From Macrostomum hystrix (taxonomy: Eukaryota; Animalia; Platyhelminthes): a DNA stretch of 64,000 bases. Of this stretch, positions 12,594 through 23,115 are shown one piece after another (the first letter of the stretch is position 1; every line of letters starts with the position of its first letter). The DNA is taken from contig CATNEN010000038.1 of the NCBI GenBank assembly GCA_950097015.1, positions 5,084,001 through 5,148,000 on the forward strand, read 5' to 3'. Under the pieces are notes generated by a model. That model was given only the letters and a program-made list of their open reading frames with translations, was not told the origin of the DNA and did no database searches. The position numbers and the translations under genes are program-made.

Positions 12594-15500
12594 TCAACTT
12601 TTGTCGTCATAGCCACCGTCGGCTGGGCTGCCAGATGTTCGGCCGCTAAGGCGGGAAGCGAATGAGAGCATGGCTCCGCGCAGCAGTTTGTAGGCGGCGT
12701 CAGATCGTTCTGCCGGACTGCCGAACCGCGGGCCGATCGGTCGGCAACCGCAGGCGGAGCGCACGCTGGCCGCGTGCTGCTGAAGATCCCGCAGAATCCG
12801 CGCCCTGTCGGCGCTTAACGGATGCGTGGAAATGAACTCCGGTGTCCGGCTCTCGCTGGCCTCCTCCATGTAGTCCATTAGCTCCCAGAAGCGCGCGGCC
12901 TCAGCCGGATCGTAGCAGCTGGCCGCTGCAATGTCCAGGCCAACAGCGTCGGCTTCGAGCTCAAGGCGACGACTGAACGGCAAGTGGAAGCAGATATGCA
13001 CTAGCTTCTCCTAGGTTAGGGGGGTTTCGGGTTTGTACAGTTCGTACTTCTTAATTCTGAAAATAATAATTGACTAGGAAAGCTGCAGCAACATTGCGAA
13101 AGCTTGAACCTTCAGTTATAGACACACCAGCAAATGTTAAGCTTCAGTCCCAACAAACCTTATCCCTGAAGTTTTAATCCCAACGAACATAGTCCCTGAA
13201 GTTTCATTCCTAACAACCCTCATCCCTGAAGTTTCATTCCCAGCAACCCTCATCCCTGAAGTTTCATTCCCAACAACCCTCATCCCTGAAGTTTCATTCC
13301 CAACAACCCTCATCCCTGAAGTTTCATTCCCAACAACCCTCATCCCTGAAGTTTCAGCCACAACAAACCACAGCCCTGAAGTTTCATTCCCAACAACCCT
13401 CATCCCTGAAGTTTCATTCCCAACAACCCTCATCCCTGAAGTTTCATTCCCAACAACCCTCATCCCTGAAGTTTCATTCCCAGCAACCCTCATCCCTGAA
13501 GTTTCAGCCACAACAAACCACAGCCCTGAAGTTTCATTCCCAACAACCCTCATCCCTGAAGTTTCAGCCACAAAAACCTTATCCCTGAAGTTTCAGCCAC
13601 AAAAACCTCATCCCTGAAGTTTCATTCCCAACAAACCATATCCCTGAAGTTTCATTCCCAACAATCCTCATCCCTGAAGTTTCATTCCCAGCAACCCTCA
13701 TCCCTGAAGTTTCAGCCACAACAAACCACAGCCCTGAAGTTTCATTCCCAACAACCCTCGTCCCTGAAGTTTCATTCCCAACAACCCTCATCCCTGAAGT
13801 TTCATTCCCAACAACCCTCATCCCTGAAGTTTCATTCCCAGCAACCCTCATCCCTGAAGTTTCAGCCACAACAAACCACAGCCCTGAAGTTTCATTCCCA
13901 ACAACCCTCATCCCTGAAGTTTCAGCCACGAAAACCTTATCCCTGAAGTTTCAGCCACAAAAACCTCATCCCTGAAGTTTCATTCCCAACAACCCTCATC
14001 CCTGAAGTTTCATTCCCAACAACCTTCATCCCTGAAGTTTCATTCCCAACAACCCTCATCCCTGAAGTTTCAGCCACAACAAACCACAGCCCTGAAGTTT
14101 CATTCCCAACAACCCTCATTCCTAAAGTTTCAGCCACAACAAACCTTATCCCTGAAGTTTCATTCCCAACAACCCTCATCCCTGAAGTTTCATTCCCAAC
14201 AACCCTCATCCCTGAAGTTTCATTCCCAACAACCCTCATCCCTGAAGTTTAAGCCACAACAAACCACAGCCCTGAAGTTTCAGCCACAACAAACCACAGC
14301 CCTGAAGTTTCATTCCCAACAACCCTCATCCCTGAAGTTTCAGCCACAACAAACCACAGCCCTGAAGTTTCATTTCCAACAACCCTCATTCCTAAAGTTT
14401 CAGCCACAACAAACCTTATCCCTGAAGTTTCATTCTCAACAACCCTCATCCCTGAAGTTTCATTCCCAACAACCCTCATCCCTGAAGTTTAAGCCACAAC
14501 AAACCACAGCCCTGAAGTTTCAGCCACAACAAACCACAGCCCTGAAGTTTCATTCCCAACAACCCTCATCCCTGAAGTTTCAGCCACAACAAACCACAGC
14601 CCTGAAGTTTCAGCCACAACAAACCACAGCCCTGAAGTTTCAGCCACAACAAACCACAGCCCTGAATTTTCATTCTTTCATACCACATAACATATCTCAT
14701 TAAAAACCTAACTTCAGTTTCTCACCTGTATAACGTATCCGAAGGCAGCGACAAAGTCGGGCACAAAGTACCAGGTCAGCGCAGTCAGTGGCAGTAGCAA
14801 TAAACTATACAGAGCATTGCTAATCGTTAGAATCTCGCGCGAATGACCAATCAGCACGTGAGACAATTCGTGAGCCAACACAAACGCCAGCTGATCGTCG
14901 TTCTCCACAAATTTCAGCATGCCTAGCGAAAATTTCCGGCGGTACATGAATTTTCCGGTGTTAGACGAAATTGCCGGCATTTTCGGGTTTAAATTCCAAG
15001 GGCTTAAATTTTGTTATAGCAAATTCAATAACAGTGATCTTCGGAAGGGAAGTGAAGTCAAAAATTTACCTGAGTAGACAAAGATGTCGCCGGTGCTGAG
15101 ACACATCGCATTCACCATAGAGTCGTTCTCGATCACGTAGATATGCCAGTCTTTGGGCAAATCTGGGAAATAACGTTTGGCAGCTGGGAATAGCGACTGC
15201 ATCAGTTCAGCGACCCGGCGAGTGTAAGGATGCTCAGCAGGGTGAACAAAGCCTGTTGACGACTCCAAGATATTGTTTAGCTCAAGCTTTGAGTACTCGT
15301 TGAGTCTGTCATGAGAGATTGTGACTATGCGTAGGCGGCCAGTGAATGGCGCTCGGTCAACGTGCCAGGCGTAATAGCCAAGGCAGCCCACACAGCAGCT
15401 AGCTCCGCCAGCTATGAACCATCGACGTCTGGCTGAAAAGTACGCGTGTACTTTAGCCTTAGTCTCCGGCTTCACCTTGCGCCATTGACGCCTGGCTGTT

Positions 15501-15700
15501 CTGGCGGTCAGGGCGGTGGCCAGCTTCATCACGGGCTTCATCAGCAGCACTAGGATGACAGGCGGGGCCTGGCGGGCTGGCGCCGTGTGCAGCCGACTTA
15601 GCTGGGGATTGAACAGTGCCAGTGGCTGCCGAAGCAGCTGCCGACACAGTTTAGCTAGCTGGAATTCATCAGCAGGATGACTGAAGAATCCTTTTTTCAT
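12594..15700 (-). CDS. OMA1: OMA1 mitochondrial M48 zinc metalloendopeptidase, 3 exons
   Basis: Exons 15700 (or acceptor at 15658)-15070, 14922-14726, 13010-12594. Motifs APFTGRLR, VNAMCLSTGDIFVYSGML, LAHELSH (HExxH), PFSRRLELEAD, EFISTHP. Confidence 0.93.
13137..14670. repeat. 30-bp minisatellite (GTTTCATTCCCAACAACCCTCATCCCTGAA) in OMA1 intron 2
   Basis: About 50 tandem units with two main variants. Confidence 0.97.
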
Positions 15701-18167
15701 GGGGGTGAGTGGCAGAGTGGTGAGCAGCTACACTACAATAATTTTGGGCACAGCCACAGAAATATGGCCCTTTGAGGGCCAACCTCCAAGGCACAGTAAA
15801 AGTGTACACTGCCTGACAATGAGAAAGCAGGGCAGTTGTACACACCTGTGTGAGTTCGACTGTGTAAAGTATTGTTGTGTGCTAGGAGTCAGCAGAAACA
15901 CCTTCTTGCTAGCTGTGGGTATTTGTCACAAAATGATATGCCATTGCCTGCAGCCTTCCTGTAACCATTATAATTATTTTTTATCATAAATTATCACAGT
16001 AAATGTTTTAAGGCTTTCCCACTGCCACTTTATATTGAAAAGTGAAATAAGAAGCCTGTATATTAAAAACAAAGAATGGCCTTTGAAATTCTTAAAGATA
16101 TTTAATTAATTTAATTTATTATGAAAGCTAAATTGCAATTTAGAACAAGTTTAATAACAACCCAAACTAAAATAGGGATAGCTTGTAAAGACCTAACAAA
16201 GAAAATTTAGACTGTTTTACAAAGCAAGTCCCAATTACAATGTTCTATACTGTCTCTCTATAGGCCTAAACTATGAGTCATAATAAAGTAAAGGCAAAAG
16301 TATAGAGCTCTTATTTTCTTATTATTAGCAGATACCATTTTGTTATGATACATTATGTTCAAATTCACAAAATTCACCATTTAATTCTAAAACATACTAG
16401 GCCTATTGAGTTTAATACATAGTAAGGCTGATAGTTTAGATAACATGAACAAGATATCCAAATTCTAGAAAGTTTTAGAAACAGAAATATATATGAATCA
16501 ATCATGAATTAAACTATGCCTAGATGAAACTTAAGATAATTTGTCTAAAAATGTAATATATCTAGAACTAACAAATATAGCTATGCCAGAAATATTTCTT
16601 TTGTTGACACTAATGATTTTGCATTGTTAGGCTATGGCAAAAATTCTTTAAGTCAAATGTCATATGTCAATACCAGACAAATATAGAGCAAAGGCATTAA
16701 AGTTTCTAACAATCAAATTGTTGGAAAGCCAAACTGCCAGTGTTGCTAGCTGTTAAATTACCAACAATTGAATGGTAGTAATCAACTGTTTTTAATTTAG
16801 GCCTATATTTAAATATAGTGATGTTATGTGAGCATGTCTGTGACTTATGCCATGACTCATTAAGTGAATCAGAATAGGCCTACACTGGGAGAATTTGGCT
16901 GAACTTAGGCCTATATAAATAAGTATAAGGAAGTTAAGTGGCCTAAATTTGTATAATTAAGTCACAAATTATTGGTACACAGCAGAAAACATGTAATTTA
17001 CTTTTTTATTACTAAGCCAGAGAGAGAGAGCAGATGCCTACAATGAACAACTTGGCATCTTAAATTTCTGTTAATCTGCTAAAGCAAATTTACTGTTACT
17101 TTTACTATTACTTTACTAACAAAATTACTTACTATAACTTAGTAATACTTAAAAGTCAATAAAAAATATTTAATCCACAAATTTCAAAATATGATGGTTG
17201 AGATCAAGGTTGCCACCCATTTTGGTGCCTGTGATTTTTGGTACCAGGCATTTCAGTGGTGCCCATACCCAGTCTAGCTTTTCAGTACCTTTTTTGTATT
17301 TCGTTTCCAGTCAGTTATCAGTTTGAAATATGCTTAGCTATGAGTATGATAATGTACTTAAATATTTAGTATACACTTGCCTATGCTTTTATTATGTTGA
17401 CATCCTCGTACTGGCAAATTTACTGGCCCCCACTTAGCTGGACCAACCAATTGTATGTCACCTTAAACTGCCTGTGAATGAATGTACATGTACATATGCA
17501 TTTTTTATGCTCAAGTGCCCTTTAAATAAAATGTACATGGTACATGTACATGTACAGTTTACTAGTACCGAAAATATAGGTACCAAAAGGCAAGACCGGG
17601 CACCGAACTACAGGCAACTTCTACTATCTGATACGAAGAATCCATGGTCACTATCCTTTGACCTTGACTAGTTTGTCGGACGTTGTTATAAAGGCTAGTG
17701 GCCTATTCCCGCTGCCTATTCTAGTCAAGTTGAGTATTTGCCACTTTTTTAAATTGACGTACATCAAACTGATGTTAAACTTTGTTGCACTAAGTACGAA
17801 CTTTTATTCTACGGTAACGAAATACACTGCCTAACGTGCAACAAATAGTTCCTTTGAAAGCATCTAAGCGTTGAAATTGTCCTAAAAATATTTTTACTTT
17901 GACTTGTTTTAACTGTATGTCGTATTATCAAACAGTTTGTTTAATATGTCCGTTTAAAAAACCATGAAGTGATCAATGCTTTCTTGTGTTAAAGGAAAAT
18001 TTTAAAGGAAATTTTGTAACTCAAATTTATAAATAATTTTCATATATTTCGGTATATGATGGTCTTTCTTCGGTAGATTGTATTGCAAAAATTAGCATAC
18101 AACGAGTACATTTTTACTCGCGACTTGGTGTTTTGGGGGTTTCTTTTGGAGGAGTTTCTTCGAAAGA

Positions 18168-18400
18168 GGTCGGGGTTCGATTCCCTTTATTCTGGTATAA
18201 TTTTTGTCAATTAGCAAGACATTTAAAACTGCACTGGTTCACTTCACCCTGCTGTTAAATGAGTACCCAGCATCGCAGATGGGTTAAATTGAATTGGGTA
18301 TGGGGTGCCCCCAGTACATGGACTGCAGAACAGGCGAATGCAGCTTTCAGATGTCATGATCGCTGATCGCTGCGGCTGCGCTGTCGACTGCGCATCTGGC
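18168..18400 (+). mobile_element. tRNA-derived CORE-type SINE, diverged copy with damaged 5' end
   Basis: B-box GGTTCGATTCCC, then TAGCAAGACATTTAAAACTGCACTGGTTCACTTCACCCTGCTGTTAAATGAGTACC, colinear with the copy at 59472-59716. Confidence 0.75.
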
Positions 18401-19167
18401 CCATTAATAGGGGCAGCTGTGTCAATTATTGTTACTTAAGTAATTTATAATTACTGAATATACAGCCTTAATTTTGACTACCGATCTTAAACTTCCAAAC
18501 TTTTGGTACGTCCAATGCATAGCAGCTTTTATTAAATTTTTCATTAACTGCACTTCAAGAGGGGGCCATTCATCAAGCTATGTAGACCGTAACCAACTTT
18601 CAATCAAATATACTATTATAGCCTACAATGCAAGAACTATATGAAAAATAAGTATTATGCTAGAATAGCTTGGATTTAAAGTGTCGCACATAAATAAAAA
18701 TGCCCGCCGACTTTTTAGTCCCGCCAAGATTTTGAATTTCGACGGCAGAAATTGGAGCAACGCAGAGGTATTTTAATCTACGATTAAAATAGAGAAAAGT
18801 ACAAAACCTATTCTTAAGTGGCCTTACTTTTATCGTTAATTTATCTTGCTCAAAAAGCCGAAAAATCAAAGGAAATTAGTAAATACGCTCGTATAATGTA
18901 CGTTTCCATAAGAAGACTGCACTTTAATTATTCTTGACGGCTGCAAAGAATTTCCCAGAATCCCTCTGTTAATTTTTTTTATATTTCGTTTTGTTATTTT
19001 TATTTACGGACAGTCGCTTTGTCAGATTCTCGTTAATACGGCTCGTACTTGTTCTTATTTATCGTATCGTTTTTTATTAAATGACAAAAGCGATAGATTT
19101 GTCTCTTTGTGTTTGAGTTATTCAACTCAAAACGTAGCGATATCAACTTCACCGAAGGACGCAGAAT

Positions 19168-19497
19168 TCAATCCAGTCGTCTTCTCAGGCGGAAGATCAT
19201 GGAGTCGAAGTTCGGCGGAGCGCCGTTTGAGTTCAGCATCTCCAGCTGTTTCATCAGCTGGTCGAAGTCTCCACCGCCGCCTGATCGCTTCACGGAGAGC
19301 ATCCGGTAAATGTCCTCGCTGCTGTAGGGACTCTGTCGCTTCTTTCGGAAGCTCACAAACTGGTCATCTAGCAGTCCGCGGCGCTGCAGACGAGACGCGA
19401 CCGGCTGGCTGGCGCTGGCTGCAGGAGCAGCGGCAGCCAGGCTGGAGGTTGACGCCATCAAGGTCAGACCGCAGAGTACCATGGTCAGTGCGAACAT
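19168..19497 (-). CDS. Putative neuropeptide/prohormone precursor
   Basis: ATG 19497, signal peptide MFALTMVLCGLTLMASTSSLA, basic cleavage sites RR, RKKR, KR, RRR. Short intronless ORF with GC-rich codons. Confidence 0.75.
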   Translation of the reverse strand: MFALTMVLCGLTLMASTSSLAAAAPAASASQPVASRLQRRGLLDDQFVSFRKKRQSPYSSEDIYRMLSVKRSGGGGDFDQLMKQLEMLNSNGAPPNFDSMIFRLRRRLD

Positions 19498-20457
19498 GCC
19501 GAGACAAGCTGGTGACATCACGAAACTGACTGTTTAACCGGCTTCTGGATGGCTCAGGACTTTTCTCGCTGGTGGAGATGCTGTCTGTGTGTCTGACAGA
19601 GAAAATTAGGAAGCAAATCAAAAATAGGTTGATATTTAAAAAAATTATCAGCTCAATCAAATACGCTTACTTTGATCAAATAGCGATTTTATTTGGAAGC
19701 CGAATCCGCGGACCCGCTGACTTGACCAGCCTAGATTTCGCATGAGAAATGCTCAAACGGTCAGTTTTTAAATAGATATTGCGACCGACAGAAAGGGGAG
19801 ATTGAAGCCATTGCGACTGTAGCCATTGGATGTCAGAGAGAAGAGACAGATGAACCATCGCACAGAAAGGTGAGGATTTGAAAATAACTGCTTAGGGGAT
19901 GTGGCAATCATAGGGAAAGACTTAAGAGTTTATTTGCGAGTTAAAAAGCGTCTATATCTCTTCGTAGATACGAAAAAGAACTTAAAATGATAACAAAAAG
20001 TAGAAAAGCAGCATTCATTCCATGCAATTGCTGCGAATTCGTGAGTGTAAAAACATCTATAACAAAAAGCATGCCTTCTCAGCAGAGGGTAACCAAATTC
20101 TGGCGCGTAAATATTTCATAGCGCAAAATGGCGAGACTAAATTACAAAAAAACACTTTCCCTGCATCGACAATTTCCCCCGGAGAATAAGTGGATGACGG
20201 CTGAATTACAAACTTGCCAATATTATAATGCTCGTATGTTCGACCAACACAACGGACCAACAAGTGCGATTAAATGCGGCCTTTTCATAGCACTCGTGTA
20301 TTAGCTAGCTTATGCAAGCCCGTCCTCTGAGACTTTGAAAATATGTACAATCCATTAGCAGCTCGAGTAGATGATAGCGTTAAATATTTTATAACAAAGA
20401 CTCGATACCTCGATTTGTCAACCTATAGTTATAGTGCTGTCTATGCTATCTCTTGAA

Positions 20458-20612
20458 GGGGGTTGTAGCCTAGTGATCGGAGCGTTGGAATCACGATATA
20501 TAGGTCGGGGGTTCGATTCCCAACTCCACTGGAACAATTAGTGCCCTTCAGGACAGAACAGCCGTTCGCAGCCTTCAGATGTGCCGCGCAATAACTGAGG
20601 CTGTGCTGTCGC
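20458..20612 (+). mobile_element. tRNA-derived SINE, internally deleted copy
   Basis: A-box TAGCCTAGTGA and B-box GGTTCGATTCCC. The head joins directly to the 3' segment GCCGTTCGCAGCCTTCAGATGTGCCG also seen in the 59.5-kb copy. Confidence 0.8.
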
Positions 20613-21194
20613 AGGTGTAGGTATACACAGGTGTGTACATCTGCCCTGACTTTCTCATCGTCAGGCAGTGCAGTGTACACTGTCACTGTGCATTGGAGGG
20701 TGGCCCCTCAAGGGCGTCAAATGCAAGACAAGCACCCAAGCCTTCTCTACGCGGCTGCGATCAAAATGAATGCAGCATTGTCAGGGACCTTACAGGAGAC
20801 TTTACAACTCCACTGAGATTAAAAATTCCATTGAGCGACTGAATACAAATCGTCGAATGATTTCTCGTTGAAGAATAACAGCGCAAATTGATGGCATGGA
20901 CCCTTGCACCGCATAGGTTAGCAAGTTACGCAACTCCGACTGCTGTATTTACTAAGCTGGAATCAAAGGGTCAATGAATTTCCAAATAAATGATTTAATT
21001 ACAGAGCTTTGACCACACGCGGTTAAAAATCAGGCATGCTAAAAAAGGACAGCATGGCAACAACACCCAAGATAACAAAGGCCTCACAATTTAGACATGG
21101 TACAGACAGACTAGCCACAGAGCTGAAAACTGGCATTTGTGGCCTTAGTTCGATTATTAGATTGCTTAACAGATAATTGTCACTGATTCTATTC

Positions 21195-21730
21195 TATGGG
21201 TTCTGCTGCGATTCTAGCTACGGTTCCTGCTTCGATTCTAGCTACGGTTCCTGCTGCGATTCTTGCCTACGGTTCCTGCTTCGATTCTAGCCACGGTTCC
21301 TGATGCGATTCTAGCTACGGTTCTTATTTTGATTCTAGCCTATGGGTTCTGCTTCGATTCTAGCTACAGTTCCTGCTTCGATTCTAGCTACGGTTCCTGC
21401 TTCGATTCTAGCTACGGTTCCTGCTTCGATTCTAGCTACGGTTCCTGCTTCGATTCTAGCTACGGTTCCTGCTTCGATTCTAGCTACGGTTCCTGCTTCG
21501 ATTCTAGCTACGGTTCCCGCTTCGATTCTAGCTACGGTTCCTGCTTCGATTCTAGCTACGGTTCCTGCTTCGATTCTTGCCTACGGTTCCTGCTTCGATT
21601 CTTGCCTACGGTTCCTGCTGCGATTCTTGCCTACGGTTCCTGCTGCGATTCTTGCTACGGTTCCTGCTGCGATTCTAGCTACGGTTCCTGCTGCGATTCT
21701 AGCTACGGTTCCTGTTTTGATTCTAGTATT
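21195..21730. repeat. 24-bp minisatellite (TAGCTACGGTTCCTGCTTCGATTC)
   Basis: Tandem periodicity of 24. Confidence 0.95.
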
Positions 21731-23115
21731 GATATCTGCTTTGATTTTAGACACGGTTTTTGCTTTGAATAAAACAACCAAGTAATATTATTTTACATTC
21801 TGCCGGACTAAAAATGAGACACAGAAGTGAGACCAACACCGGAAACTTTAACGATGCTTGCCTGCCGGAAAAAAATAAACAAAAAACGGATTGATTTAAG
21901 AATGAAGACACGGGATTAATAATGAGGTCGAAGGCGGAGAAAAACGTAGTTTTAGGCTTTGAAAAATTATGAAGCAAGCAATGAAGGTCACATATTCTAC
22001 ACTCTCTACTGTCCAGAGCAGATAAAGTAGTAAAGTAGTAAGTCTCTGCTATAGAAATAAACAAAAAAAACGAACAGTATCGAGTTAATCAAAAAGCAAG
22101 GCAAACTTAATGGATTAGGGTGAATGAGAATTTGAAATATGACTTGGGCGATTGGCACGATTCCAAAACACACTCACAAACACACCGAACTGGGATGACT
22201 GACCGAACCAAAATGCACAATTAATAAAAGTACATTTTTGAAGAAGAGCTGACGGTAGAAAACTCCTTATGGCCAAAGCCGCATTGTAAAACAAAAAATA
22301 CTAAAAGATATGGCTTTCTGGGTTCTGACTTGCAAAGGAGGTTCAGTCATTGAGGATATTTGAAAATATTGACGAGTTGAAATTAAAAAAGAAATATTAG
22401 CTTCACCTACTTTTCGCCTTAAAATTCGCAACAAAGATCTCATGTTCTCATATTTTACAAAATAGTTTTTATCAGAGCTGGACCGGACAAGCAACAAAGA
22501 CACAAAAAAATTCTCAATTTTCTAACCGGGAGAACAAAACAACAAAAAGAAAAACGAACGGCCACACGGAAGGCAACTCCTTGATTAATTATTGGGCTTG
22601 GGTTTGACTGTAACACAATATGCACTGAATGGCGTAATCAAATGTAGGAAATGATGGAAGCTACCGAATCAGTTTACACCCGGCAGTTGAAGAATTTCAG
22701 ATTATTTAAAACAATGAGATAAAATTACAGAGAAGTTGAAATCGAGTCATAATAAAAATAAACGGTAATGTACTAATTAAGTGTCACTTTTCATACAACA
22801 AGATCTTAACCGAAGTTAAAATATAAACTACACTTGAATATCGCTAACTACAGGTATAAATAAATGAGTGATGGAATATTATAATCCCTTATCGCCTCAG
22901 TAACACCCAGTTCCGCGCAAATTTAAACAAAACCGTTTCTAGGAAAATTAGTTTTTGCGTTTATTGCCCTTTTTTTTAATTTAAATTTCAGCAAAAATAA
23001 AAGACGGTTTTAAAATAAATTTGAAAGGCTTTATCATAGGCAAATTTTTAAGCAAACGAAAATATTTCTAAGAAAATTTCATAACTTGTTTAAATCAACA
23101 GTAAAATTCAAGCCG

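Noticed and set aside
17215-17620. Weak inverted similarity of GGTACC/GGTGCC-rich segments
   Set aside because: Too degenerate to define termini by eye.
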